64,000 nt of DNA from Lentisphaeria bacterium (GTDB taxonomy: Bacteria; Verrucomicrobiota; Lentisphaeria; Victivallales; UBA1829), in contig JAFVSW010000338.1 in assembly GCA_017503545.1 (NCBI GenBank), positions 2,805-66,804 of the forward strand. The letters are read 5' to 3'. How positions within the stretch are numbered: position 1 is the first letter of the stretch; every line of letters starts with the position of its first letter. The notes under the pieces are model-generated. The model was not told the DNA's origin and ran no database searches. It saw only the letters and a program-made list of their open reading frames with translations. The position numbers and the translations under genes were made by a program. Below are positions 37,956 through 48,204 of this stretch, piece by piece.

Positions 37956-38666
37956 ATGAAAAAACGCTTGATCGCATTTGATATGGATGGAACTCTGACA
38001 CAACACAAAAGCAAGTTGGAGGAACCGAACCGGATTGCTTTGGAAACCTTGAGCAAACATTACAAATTGCTCATGATCGGTGCCGGAAGTTGTGAACGGA
38101 TTTATCATCAATTGAACGATTTTCCCATTGAGATCATTGGCAATTACGGTCTTCAGCATGCCGGAATCGTAAACGGAGAATTCAAAATTCTGGAAAGTCT
38201 CTCCGTTTCTGTTGACCGGGATTTTGTGGAAAAAACTGTAACGATGCTGCGGAAAGAATTCGGCTTTGAAAAATTTTACGGCGACAATGTGGAATTTCAT
38301 GCCTCCGGCGTGATCACATTCCCCATTTTAGGAACTGCCGCACCTCTGGAAGAAAAGTTGGTATACGATCCCGACCGTTTGAAACGCCGGAAAGTGTATG
38401 CCCGTGTATGTGAAGCATTTGCCGGATATAATGTATTTATCGGCGGCTCCTCCAGTTTCGATATCACACAGGGCAAATACAATAAATTCTATGCGCTGGA
38501 ACGCTATTGTACAGAAAATGGATACACACTGGATGAAGCGGTATATTTCGGAGATGATTTCGGCGAAGGCGGGAACGATTCTCACGTAAAACTCAATGGC
38601 GTGGATTGTGTGGAAATCGACAATTACCGCACATTCCCGGAAAAAGCCGCAAAGTTTTTCCAATAA
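37956..38666 (+). CDS. HAD-IIB family hydrolase (sugar-phosphatase/phosphomannomutase-like)
   Basis: It has the FDMDGTL motif I, a cap-domain-sized insert, and the C-terminal GDDFGEGGND motif IV. Confidence 0.82.
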   Translation: MKKRLIAFDMDGTLTQHKSKLEEPNRIALETLSKHYKLLMIGAGSCERIYHQLNDFPIEIIGNYGLQHAGIVNGEFKILESLSVSVDRDFVEKTVTMLRKEFGFEKFYGDNVEFHASGVITFPILGTAAPLEEKLVYDPDRLKRRKVYARVCEAFAGYNVFIGGSSSFDITQGKYNKFYALERYCTENGYTLDEAVYFGDDFGEGGNDSHVKLNGVDCVEIDNYRTFPEKAAKFFQ

Positions 38667-38679
38667 TGCCTGCCATCAA

Positions 38680-39651
38680 TCAGCGGCAGGAAATATGGAT
38701 CGGACGGCGTGTTGTCATGGAAACAAGGATCTGAGCCAATGATGCGGCACAGCGTTCTTCCTGTTCATACGCCGTACACCCCATCCAGCTGCGCACAAAA
38801 ATACTGGCATCATCAAAAGACAACGTTGTCTTCAAAGGCACTTCTGCATCCGGATTGCGTGCTTCCCATGCCTTATCCGCAGCCAAAGCAATGGAATCCA
38901 TGGCATCTGCAACGCGGAGAAGGGCTGGAGAAAGTGCCAATTCCGTAACGGGCGGAGTCAACTCCCCGGCAATACCTGCAAGGCGGAAATGGAACCGTAA
39001 AACAGGAAAAACACGCAAATCAACTTCCTGCACGCTCAAAACACGTTTCTGCAAAAACATCAATGCGGTCTCATCGGTCAATTGTGCCTGAATATCCTGC
39101 GTCGTCAACACTTGTTTTCCGGGCATGAATTTGATTTCCAATCCGGGCGGAGGCGTTTCGCTGTTCTCCATCGTCAGCAGGAAATGTTTCGCCAATTCCA
39201 GAATCAAAGCGGGTGCCGCAGAATTGGCTCCGATCGAGTTCAGTGTATGGTGAACTTTGCGGGTAATATGTTCCAGATGCGGACCGCAGCCCGGCATTTC
39301 CTGTTCAATAAAATTCCGCAATCTTGTGATTTCTACAAGAAAAGAAAAAGTCCCGTGTTCCGCAGTTTCACGGAAAACGGCAGCCGCCTGCGTATAGCCG
39401 ATATCATCCAGAACTTTGGAGGTCATCAGTTCCACTTCTGCCCCGCGGATCAATGGCTCATCCGGCTTCTTTTTGCCGGATTTCAAAGCAAATTCAATGG
39501 AAAGCGCAATATCCGCCGCCAGTTCACTGTCCGGCGTTCCCGTTTTGGATAATGCACGTTCGATCCGCATCCGCAACCGCTCCGGATCGAATGGAACGGC
39601 ACGCCCGTCCGGATCAAGCAGTAAAATGGATGTCATGGCAAGTTCGATCAT
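38680..39651 (-). CDS. hypothetical protein (N-terminus weakly ATP-cone-like)
   Basis: The ATG at 39651 directly abuts the ClC gene stop, whereas the longer ORF to 39780 would overlap it. The N-terminal LLLDPDGRAVPFDPERLRMRIERAL resembles an ATP-cone start. Confidence 0.5.
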   Translation of the reverse strand: MIELAMTSILLLDPDGRAVPFDPERLRMRIERALSKTGTPDSELAADIALSIEFALKSGKKKPDEPLIRGAEVELMTSKVLDDIGYTQAAAVFRETAEHGTFSFLVEITRLRNFIEQEMPGCGPHLEHITRKVHHTLNSIGANSAAPALILELAKHFLLTMENSETPPPGLEIKFMPGKQVLTTQDIQAQLTDETALMFLQKRVLSVQEVDLRVFPVLRFHFRLAGIAGELTPPVTELALSPALLRVADAMDSIALAADKAWEARNPDAEVPLKTTLSFDDASIFVRSWMGCTAYEQEERCAASLAQILVSMTTRRPIHISCR

Positions 39652-39652
39652 A

Positions 39653-41461
39653 TCAGAACAAATCCTTTTTATTCCGCAGCACGTTACGATACCGGTCAAA
39701 CACGCCGGATTTGGACACAAAACCGGCATATTCCCCGTTTTCTTTGACAACCGGGATATTCCACATATGCCAACTTTCAAAAAGGCGGGATGCCTCTTTC
39801 AATGAATCCGATTCCTTCAATACCGGACCGGTATCCGACATGATATCATACACCAGCGCAACATCATACAACTGCTGATCCAAAAGGAACGGGCGGATAT
39901 TATCCAACGTTACAATCCCGACCAGCAGATTATCTTCCGTTACGACAGGGAAAATGTTCCGTTTGGATTTCATCACAGCCCCCAACAGGTGACGTAAGGT
40001 GTCATCCGGATGCACCGTAACAAAGTTTTTTTCCACCAGATTGCCGACATAAAGCTGTTTCAACGCTGCGGCATCTGTATTTTCATCCGGCGTACCGCCT
40101 TTTGCCGCAATTGCAGATTTATAAACGTTGTATTTGGTAATAGCACGACAGACAAAAAAGGAGAGTGATGCCACGATCATCAAGGGGATAAACAATTTAT
40201 ACCCCCCCGTAATCTCCGCAATAAGGAAGATCCCGGTCATAGGAGCATGCATCACGCCCGCAAGAACAGCCCCCATTCCGATGGCAATAAAATTCGTTTC
40301 GTTGATTTGCGCATGACCGTATAAACCGAGCATCCGGATAAGACGGGCAACAAAAAATCCGAGGAATGCCCCTGTAAACATGGAGGGGGCAAAAATACCG
40401 CCATCCCCGCCGCTTTCCAATCCGCTTGTCGTTACTGCGGTTTTCAGCAGAACCAACAATCCCGTCAAAGCAAGTAAACTCCAGGCATTACCGAAAAGGA
40501 ATTGTATCGGACTGCCATCCAGGATATGGAATTCGTTTCCGGAAACCAGCATATTGACAAAACGATATCCCTCGCCGCGCAACATGGGGAACAGCAGAAA
40601 TATGACATACAAAATAGCACATCCCATCACCCCTTTCAACCACGGATTTTTGAAAGCAGAAAACTTTTTACCAAGGAAAAGAGCCACCCGTATCACATAA
40701 GCCGACACCAATCCGGCAAGTAAACCGAGAATAATGTAATACGGAATATTCTGAATCGCCCAATCTGACACTTCAATGTAAAATGCCCGATGCGGAAATA
40801 ATACTTCCGATACCACTGCCGCACCTGCAGAAGCGATTAATAACGGGATCAGCGCGGGAATGGAAAATTCTGTCAGCAGAATCTCACAAGCAAACAATGC
40901 TCCGGCAACCGGACTGTTGAATACGGCGGAAACCCCTGCTCCGCCACCGCAGGCAAGAAGCAAAGTCCTGCCTTCTTTTCCCAAGCGGAACCGTTTGGCA
41001 ATATTGGACCCGATTGCCGATCCGGTCAATGCGATCGGTGCTTCCAATCCGGCGGAAACACCGCAGCCGACAGAGATACCGCTGGTAAGGATGTGACTCC
41101 ATGTTTTCTGCCGCGGAATCTCCCCCGTGGAACTGGCGGCTATGATTACCCCCGCCAATCCTTTTTCATACACGCCTTTGACAAAAAGTTTCACAAAGAT
41201 AATGCAGAAGAAAATACCGATTGCCGGGTAAAGCGGCATCACATAATATTCCCAGGCAGCGGCAGAAGATTGTGTGCCGTAAAGATAATCCCCGATATAG
41301 TGTGCAATGGATTTCAAAACCACAGCGGCAAGACCGGCTACCAACCCGGTAATGATACTCAGAGCAAAAATATAGTTCTTCTCTCCGACAGCCATACGCA
41401 GATAATGGATCGTTCGGTCAAAAGAGGTGAATTTCAAAAATTTCCGGATGATAGGCGGCAT
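39653..41461 (-). CDS. ClC-family chloride channel/antiporter with C-terminal CBS pair
   Basis: 602-aa polytopic ORF. ClC selectivity motifs are GSAIG-type (TGSAIGSNI), GGAGVSAVFNSPVAG and GIFAPS. Two CBS-like repeats lie at the C-terminus. Confidence 0.9.
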   Translation of the reverse strand: MPPIIRKFLKFTSFDRTIHYLRMAVGEKNYIFALSIITGLVAGLAAVVLKSIAHYIGDYLYGTQSSAAAWEYYVMPLYPAIGIFFCIIFVKLFVKGVYEKGLAGVIIAASSTGEIPRQKTWSHILTSGISVGCGVSAGLEAPIALTGSAIGSNIAKRFRLGKEGRTLLLACGGGAGVSAVFNSPVAGALFACEILLTEFSIPALIPLLIASAGAAVVSEVLFPHRAFYIEVSDWAIQNIPYYIILGLLAGLVSAYVIRVALFLGKKFSAFKNPWLKGVMGCAILYVIFLLFPMLRGEGYRFVNMLVSGNEFHILDGSPIQFLFGNAWSLLALTGLLVLLKTAVTTSGLESGGDGGIFAPSMFTGAFLGFFVARLIRMLGLYGHAQINETNFIAIGMGAVLAGVMHAPMTGIFLIAEITGGYKLFIPLMIVASLSFFVCRAITKYNVYKSAIAAKGGTPDENTDAAALKQLYVGNLVEKNFVTVHPDDTLRHLLGAVMKSKRNIFPVVTEDNLLVGIVTLDNIRPFLLDQQLYDVALVYDIMSDTGPVLKESDSLKEASRLFESWHMWNIPVVKENGEYAGFVSKSGVFDRYRNVLRNKKDLF

Positions 41462-41485
41462 GATTTTGTATTTTTTACCCCGTAA

Positions 41486-41944
41486 TCAGGATTTCTGTTT
41501 TCCGATGCTGCGGACTTCGGATACAAATTCCGCCAAACCTTGAAAATCACGGTAAATGGAAGCAAAACGGATATAAGCAACCGGGTCCAGTTTACGCAAC
41601 TCTTTCATGACCCGTTCCCCGACTTCTCCGGAAGGCACTTCGCGGTCATAATCGGCTTCCAATTCCGTGCATACCCGGGAAACCAATGCTTCAATATCAT
41701 CCTGCGCAATATCACGTTTCCAACAGGCTCGTTCCACTCCCGCACGCACTTTCTGACTGTCAAAATCTTCCCGGGTATTATCCCGTTTGATCACCTTCAA
41801 TTCCGCTTGAATGATTTCTTCATGAGTCGTAAAACGGTGGCCGCATTGCAGACATTCACGGCGGCGGCGAACTCCGGCACCGTCTTTTGTCGACCTGGAA
41901 TCCACGACTTTATCATTCTGACATGCACATCTTGGACAACGCAT
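41486..41944 (-). CDS. nrdR: transcriptional repressor NrdR
   Basis: MRCPRCACQNDKVVDSR...CLQCGHRFTT zinc ribbon followed by an ATP-cone. 152 aa. Confidence 0.95.
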   Translation of the reverse strand: MRCPRCACQNDKVVDSRSTKDGAGVRRRRECLQCGHRFTTHEEIIQAELKVIKRDNTREDFDSQKVRAGVERACWKRDIAQDDIEALVSRVCTELEADYDREVPSGEVGERVMKELRKLDPVAYIRFASIYRDFQGLAEFVSEVRSIGKQKS

Positions 41945-42145
41945 ATTAACTACCTTGAATTATTTTTTGGCACAAAATCATTCCTTGCCGAAAGGATCTT
42001 CCAAGCGAATGAACACCGTTCTCCGATCCCTCCGGATTTAATTCAAACAGTAATATACATCTTTTTTTCAAAAAATCAACTTTTTTTCAGAAAATCAGAT
42101 AAGATTCAATATGCATAAGTGATGCAGTTTGCCGCATAACCGCAC

Positions 42146-42958
42146 TTATTTCCATTCCCGTGTCCAGCGGCGGAAATATTGCACCTCATGTACTGCCGGG
42201 GAATCTTCCATTTTGAAATTGCCAATCTCCGCACCACACCAGCGCGCAAGTTCACAATCAAATACAACGTGCATGGGACGGTGGAAATAATCATTGGCAC
42301 GCCGGTGAAATTCTTTGCCGTCAAAATACCATACGATTTCAAACGGTGTCCACAGCAGCGAATAAGTATGGAAGTCATCCGCCGGGGAATAATCCAACGG
42401 AATCTTTTTGGAATTGTCCGGGAGATCGCTTTTCACCCAATTGACCAAACCTTCCACATAAGGAGTGGCGAAACGGTGAACGGCAGCACTCAACATGTAA
42501 TCCGGATGCTGTTCCGATTTGAATTTTCCGATAAATTCGTAAATATCGATTTCTTCCGAACAATTTCCGGGAGAATATTTTGCATGAAGATCTGTTGACA
42601 GCGGATCGTAAAGCCAGAATGCGTTCCGGACTTCGGCATTGCACCCTTTTGCGCAACATTCAAAATAACCATACAATACCTGATTTTTACTTTTCACGAT
42701 GGGCATGGTATGGGGCAAGATCCCTGCCGCCCTGTCTTCTGCTTCCATCTGTTCTACCGGGATACACCGGGCTTCCATCAAAAGCGAGCCATTGGCAACG
42801 GAGACATTTTCTTTCCGGTAAATAAATTCTCTTCTGCCGCGCCAACCGGGGGCATAATCGAACCACTTGTTTGTATCCAGGCAATCGCCGTCAAATTCAT
42901 CACTGTTGATGGGATCCAATTTCCAGTTGTTGTCCAATTCGCAATATGGTTTAATCAT
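42146..42958 (-). CDS. glycoside hydrolase family 16 protein (agarase/porphyranase/carrageenase-like branch), no signal peptide
   Basis: The catalytic E-x-D-x-x-E motif (EEIDIYEF), with the WRGR and NAFWLY motifs. Its ATG overlaps the upstream stop (ATGA at 42955..42958). Confidence 0.78.
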   Translation of the reverse strand: MIKPYCELDNNWKLDPINSDEFDGDCLDTNKWFDYAPGWRGRREFIYRKENVSVANGSLLMEARCIPVEQMEAEDRAAGILPHTMPIVKSKNQVLYGYFECCAKGCNAEVRNAFWLYDPLSTDLHAKYSPGNCSEEIDIYEFIGKFKSEQHPDYMLSAAVHRFATPYVEGLVNWVKSDLPDNSKKIPLDYSPADDFHTYSLLWTPFEIVWYFDGKEFHRRANDYFHRPMHVVFDCELARWCGAEIGNFKMEDSPAVHEVQYFRRWTREWK

Positions 42959-45291
42959 GATTTCACCTTTGATTTAAGTGTTATTCTGTCACCGGTGCGG
43001 ACGGTAAGATCAATCGTTTTTGCCGTTGCTTTTAATGTCCCATTTACATAAACTTGAACTTTGCCGCGGCTGCTCCATTTCATCGGATAGGTTCCCGTCC
43101 GGTCGGCGGTAAAGGATACCGTTTGTCCGTCAGAGACGATTGCAGAAACGGGGAGTCCGTGTGTTGAAACAAGAACCGGTCCGCGGGGGCAGACACCGGT
43201 TCTTGTAATGCTCCATTCGTTCTCATTTTTCAATGGCAGGTCGGCAGGCAGCTGCAAGGTGCCATTCAGCGGAAGCCCGTTGAATTTGCTGACCGCATAT
43301 TTGCCGCGTCCCTGAATTTTGATTTTCAATTTTTTGCCATTCAAACGGAAATTTTCCAGCGTAATGACATCGTTTCCATCCGCCGGATCGTAAGAATATC
43401 CGCCGCGATGATGGAAGATTCCGCACAAACCGGAAATGATACAAGTGGAGGCAGCGGTCGCAGAGAAAGTCTGCCAGTTGGCGACTTGGGATTCATTGCC
43501 GTTACATCCGGCAAGATTATATGTTTCCACGGCAACGCCATATTTTTCAAAATGTTGAAAATAGGGAACAAGGATCCGTTTGATTTCTTCCGTGTTTCCG
43601 GCAAAACGTGCCAATTTGCCTTCGTGTCCCAAATGTTGATTCATGTGAACGTGTTTCCACATATCGCATGGGAGCGGGCTGTCATATGCCACCGCGGAAT
43701 ACCCCAGCGGATGTTTCAATTGTGTTGCTTTATAGCGGGCAATCGGTTCGATTTTGTCACCGAACAGCCATTCGCCGAATGGAAATTCCAAAGCGATTAC
43801 CGAGGTATTCATCAACACTTCAATCTTTGCCGGTTTCAATTGTTCGTCCAATGCGTGCCGGATATATCCTGCTTTTTCGTTATAGAACATGGGGATATAA
43901 TACTGTTCCAGTTTTTTCCATGCCGCATGATAAACGGCTGCATCCCCGCCGCAATCCCAGGCAAAGTTTTCCATGGTCCGCAATGCGTTGTAATAAAATC
44001 CGTTCAGACAGGCGGGATAATGCCGTCCGGTCAATCCCAATTCCGCATTATCATCCACCGCACAATTGGCAAGATCGTGATACAGTCCGGTTTTTTCATC
44101 GGTCATTTTCCGGATATTGTCAATAAACTTTTTCAAGATGGGCCATGCTTCCGCAAACAGGGCATCGTCCTTCTGATATGCCAGAATTTCTTCCAGCATC
44201 AGGATCAGATGAGTGGACCCCCAGGGGAAAAATTCCATATTGGGATAATGGAGCAGATAGCGGTACATCTTTTTGGCTTGCGTAAAATCCCCGTTCCGGA
44301 GAAAATCACGAATCGGAAAAATAGCATCCCACATGGCAAAAAAGCTGAATTTATACGATGCCGCACGGACACCGATCCCATCACCGACAAGGAACGCATA
44401 GAGATACCGGTTCTGTTCCCGGAAAAAGTCTGTCATAGCGGGGAATGTATCCGTTTTAACAATGGCAGCTTTTCCGGATAACAAGGCATCCTTACGGCAT
44501 TTTTTCTGCAACAGGGTATCGGCTTCGGCAAAGGCTGTTTTTGCATTTTTACAGGCATCTTTTGCGGTATCGGCGAAAGCAATGATCACCGTCTGTTTCG
44601 ATTTATTTTGCCACGGTGTATCAACAAAATGGAGATTTTTATCTTTCCGGAACAGAGCATCATCGCCGCAATAAAAAGCAAAATAAATGTCCTTATCGCC
44701 GTATGGCAGATGCATCGTTTCATGAAAAAGCAGACAATGATCTTTGACTTTTGTACCGTGTACCGTCCGTTCAAACAAACCATTGGGGAATGGCTTATCG
44801 GGGTCGATCGGGCTGCCGAGATATTCACTGTTGCCAATGGAGATGGGGGTATTGCGCTGACTTTTGATACTCCGGTTCTGTCCCCGGAACAAGTAATTTT
44901 CATCCACACACAGCCGGAGTGCGGATTGTGAATCTGATGTTTTTTTGACTTGGAGAAAAACACGTTTTGTATCCAGAAATGCGGTCATATTTCCACCTTT
45001 GAACCCCCATGGGTGCACATCCGGGGATTTGGGAATGACATGATCCACCGTGCCATCCGGGGAGAGATTGAGCAGTCGGATCCCGGACCCCATCAGGGGG
45101 CGGTTTCCGCTGCTTCCGCCGTTTCTGGTAAAGATAGGCCAATAGGCATTATCGGGGTACGGGATCCCGTTTTTATAAGCCACATCCACTATTGCCAGAT
45201 CGCAAATGCCGCCGGTCTGTTCCATGAGCATTGCGATTTCGCCGTGTGTGAATGCCCGATACCAAACAGGAAATGCAGTTTCAAATTTCAT
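42955..45291 (-). CDS. hypothetical protein (large, cytoplasmic; possible alpha/alpha-barrel glycosidase)
   Basis: 778-aa ORF, translationally coupled to the GH16 gene. No motif confidently recognised. Confidence 0.55.
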   Translation of the reverse strand: MKFETAFPVWYRAFTHGEIAMLMEQTGGICDLAIVDVAYKNGIPYPDNAYWPIFTRNGGSSGNRPLMGSGIRLLNLSPDGTVDHVIPKSPDVHPWGFKGGNMTAFLDTKRVFLQVKKTSDSQSALRLCVDENYLFRGQNRSIKSQRNTPISIGNSEYLGSPIDPDKPFPNGLFERTVHGTKVKDHCLLFHETMHLPYGDKDIYFAFYCGDDALFRKDKNLHFVDTPWQNKSKQTVIIAFADTAKDACKNAKTAFAEADTLLQKKCRKDALLSGKAAIVKTDTFPAMTDFFREQNRYLYAFLVGDGIGVRAASYKFSFFAMWDAIFPIRDFLRNGDFTQAKKMYRYLLHYPNMEFFPWGSTHLILMLEEILAYQKDDALFAEAWPILKKFIDNIRKMTDEKTGLYHDLANCAVDDNAELGLTGRHYPACLNGFYYNALRTMENFAWDCGGDAAVYHAAWKKLEQYYIPMFYNEKAGYIRHALDEQLKPAKIEVLMNTSVIALEFPFGEWLFGDKIEPIARYKATQLKHPLGYSAVAYDSPLPCDMWKHVHMNQHLGHEGKLARFAGNTEEIKRILVPYFQHFEKYGVAVETYNLAGCNGNESQVANWQTFSATAASTCIISGLCGIFHHRGGYSYDPADGNDVITLENFRLNGKKLKIKIQGRGKYAVSKFNGLPLNGTLQLPADLPLKNENEWSITRTGVCPRGPVLVSTHGLPVSAIVSDGQTVSFTADRTGTYPMKWSSRGKVQVYVNGTLKATAKTIDLTVRTGDRITLKSKVKS

Positions 45292-45321
45292 ACGTGATAC
45301 GCTCCCGATTCCTGAAAGCTG

Positions 45322-48204
45322 TTATTTTTCTTTTACAAAAATCAGACGGTCAACGGCAACGTAATTTTCTTTGGATTTTGAATCTTTGAAGAATTTGGGA
45401 CCATCGACTTTTACACTGAAATACAGGGTATACCGTTCTCCTTCGACTGGTACAAATGCACCGGTTCCACGAAAATCCAGAGGACCGCCCCAATCGCCGT
45501 TGAGGACAACCTGGATATCTTTGAATACTTTATTGGTTCCGTATTTGACAAGTTGATATTTCCCGGGCGTGAGTGTATTCAGCACGATTTTATTGCCTCT
45601 GCCCCATTTGTTTGCTTCCCGCGGCATACGGTAATTGACCCCGAGAACAGTGGGTACTTTTCCGGTAAAAACACGTTTTCTTGCAAAACCGGAAACCGCA
45701 TCCGGATCTGCAACGGTTCCCTTTGTGTCTTGTACGGGAACCCATTGCATTATGTTTTCTTTCGGAACCGATGCCAGTTCCGGCGGAATGGCAAGCGTGT
45801 TGATCCTGTTCCGTTCCGCCTGTTCCAATTCATGAGGCATACCGATTTCCACCAGATAGACCCGGTCAACAAGCAGATGTTTCTTTCCCGCGGGTGCATC
45901 GAGCAGACGGCAGGATGCCCAATATTCAAAGATCCGTTCGTGATAAGAGGGATCATAAAAACGTCCCAGACTGCGGATATCAAGAGAAGATCCCCAACCA
46001 TTTGCCAATACAAGCATACTCAAACGGGGGAGACGGGCTCTGCCCAATTTGACCATGGTATATTTTTCTGCATTCAAAAGACGGGAGTCGATCCCCTTCT
46101 TATTGAGCGGCAGCCATTGTCTGATGCCATAATCGTGATACTCTACAGAAATTCTGCCGTTTTTATTCGGCTTGAAAATATACTGCATGGCAACCCCGGC
46201 AGCGGCTTTTTCATCCGGATAAAGTGCGTGAGTTTTCTGTGCGTAAGGCATGGGGCGTTCCGGCAGATAGAGATGGACTTTCAACGGATCGTAAGATGTC
46301 AATTCTTTCGGCAGGGAAGTATCTTTCAGTTCGGCATAATATTCCAGGGATTCCAGGGATTTTCTTGCCAGATTCTGATTTTTCATGATCATACCGGCTT
46401 TTTCGGCTTCCGTACAGGCTGCCAAACTGCGTTTCAGCACGGCTTTTGCATCGAATTTATAATCTGGACATGCTTTGCGGATTCTTGCGGCATATACAAT
46501 GGTCCAGCAATCCAGTCCGATACGGGCGATCCGCACATTTCTTGCGGTACGGGGATCGTTTTTGACCAATTCGGTCATTTCATCGAACTGTTTCTGCCAT
46601 GCGGCGAGCTGTTCGCCGGAGATGAACCCATACCGGTCATACGTATCTTCTGTTCCGCACAGAGATTTATATTTCGGCAACAAATCAAAATGGATCTTCT
46701 GCGCTTCTGTGATGTATTGATACATTTTTTCGGCGGTGGCACCATATTTGTGCGCTACGACCTCTTTGACGGCGGCTTCTGCATCCATTTCCGGATTCCG
46801 GGCAAGCTGGAAGAACATGTAGTGATTGATGTCAGAAAATTCGATTCCGCCGCCGACACCGCATGATCCCACACTTTTCACCCCGGCAGCACGCAGTTCT
46901 TTGAATTCTTTCTGAATCCGCTGATAGCCCTGTGCCGGAATGTTGTTGCTGTAATACCAGTAGGATACATGATCACAGATTTTGCACCACTTTTTCAGGT
47001 TTTCATAAGGATCAAAAATTTTACCATCGGGCATTTTGTATTTCGGCTTCAGGGAGGGGACCCGATCTGCATTCAACAATGCGGCATCGGCAATAAAGTT
47101 CGCGGGGAATTTGATACCGACGGGGGCTTGTTCCGTCTGCTCCCAGCCTTTGTAAATCAATGTTGTAACATAAACACCGGGCATGTCTTTAATCTGTTCG
47201 CACAATTCCAGCATGTAATCCCACAGCGGACCGCCGTTGCATTGATATTTATTCATCAATTTCTGACAGCCTTTGCAGAAACAGTACCGGACGTTGTGGG
47301 TATCATTACTGCCTACCATATAGACGCCTTTTCCACAGAGGGAGGCAACCTGGCGGAACCGTTTTGTCAACAGTTTTCTCAATTCCTGATTGCTGAAACA
47401 GAGCTGACCGTTGGGAATTCTTACGCCTTTATTATTCATGGAAAAATATTCCGGATGCTTTTTGAACATCGGTTCCCAGGGAGTCAGTTTGATTTTGTTC
47501 CCCTTATAATTCAGCACAAGCCAATGGGTCAGATTCAACGGTTTCTGAGCCGGGACCCAAAGCATCAATCCGTGCTGTGCGCCGAATTGACGGGAATATT
47601 TCCCCCAGTACAACGGATTCAACTTTGTATTTGCGGAATGCATTTCATTGTTCCGGTTCCGGAGCATAAATTTTGCGGTATTGGTAGAAGGTCTTCCGCC
47701 GTAACGGGTACGGAAGCCATCAAATGCCGGATAAGTGGAAATTTCCTTGCCATCCCAGATGACATTGGCAGTTTTCTGACAGGTTTCCGCGCCTTTGTAT
47801 TCCCCATAGATCCGGTATTTTCCGTATTTTTCCCAGAAATCATAAACGGCATAAAGCGTACCGAGTTCACCGCCACCGATCAGATACAGGTTGTTATCCT
47901 TGCCGACAACCAGAGTTTCATCTGTCCGCAGTTTTGCGATCCGGTCTTTTCCCAGTGCGGCGATCGTTTCTTTACAGGAACCGATATAAACGTTACATGT
48001 CCCGGCGGCGGAATTTTCAACGGCACCGGTAACAAATTTCATCAAATCCAGAAATTCCTGTCTGGCAAAGGAATCATACTTGCCGTTGCCAACCGTGAAT
48101 TTACACACGCTTCTGCCATCTTTTACAACCGGAAAGGATCCGGCAAATACCGCCATCGCCAGCAACAGCATGGCGGATGCACAATACATTTTCCATTTCA
48201 TCAT
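45322..48204 (-). CDS. large secreted protein, DUF4838-like (GH20-N-terminal-like)
   Basis: 960-aa ORF with a signal peptide (SAMLLLAMAVFAGS). The N-terminal 'VVKDG...FARQEFLDLMKFVTG' pattern resembles DUF4838 proteins; this rests on memory only. Its ATG overlaps the upstream stop. Confidence 0.55.
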   Translation of the reverse strand: MMKWKMYCASAMLLLAMAVFAGSFPVVKDGRSVCKFTVGNGKYDSFARQEFLDLMKFVTGAVENSAAGTCNVYIGSCKETIAALGKDRIAKLRTDETLVVGKDNNLYLIGGGELGTLYAVYDFWEKYGKYRIYGEYKGAETCQKTANVIWDGKEISTYPAFDGFRTRYGGRPSTNTAKFMLRNRNNEMHSANTKLNPLYWGKYSRQFGAQHGLMLWVPAQKPLNLTHWLVLNYKGNKIKLTPWEPMFKKHPEYFSMNNKGVRIPNGQLCFSNQELRKLLTKRFRQVASLCGKGVYMVGSNDTHNVRYCFCKGCQKLMNKYQCNGGPLWDYMLELCEQIKDMPGVYVTTLIYKGWEQTEQAPVGIKFPANFIADAALLNADRVPSLKPKYKMPDGKIFDPYENLKKWCKICDHVSYWYYSNNIPAQGYQRIQKEFKELRAAGVKSVGSCGVGGGIEFSDINHYMFFQLARNPEMDAEAAVKEVVAHKYGATAEKMYQYITEAQKIHFDLLPKYKSLCGTEDTYDRYGFISGEQLAAWQKQFDEMTELVKNDPRTARNVRIARIGLDCWTIVYAARIRKACPDYKFDAKAVLKRSLAACTEAEKAGMIMKNQNLARKSLESLEYYAELKDTSLPKELTSYDPLKVHLYLPERPMPYAQKTHALYPDEKAAAGVAMQYIFKPNKNGRISVEYHDYGIRQWLPLNKKGIDSRLLNAEKYTMVKLGRARLPRLSMLVLANGWGSSLDIRSLGRFYDPSYHERIFEYWASCRLLDAPAGKKHLLVDRVYLVEIGMPHELEQAERNRINTLAIPPELASVPKENIMQWVPVQDTKGTVADPDAVSGFARKRVFTGKVPTVLGVNYRMPREANKWGRGNKIVLNTLTPGKYQLVKYGTNKVFKDIQVVLNGDWGGPLDFRGTGAFVPVEGERYTLYFSVKVDGPKFFKDSKSKENYVAVDRLIFVKEK

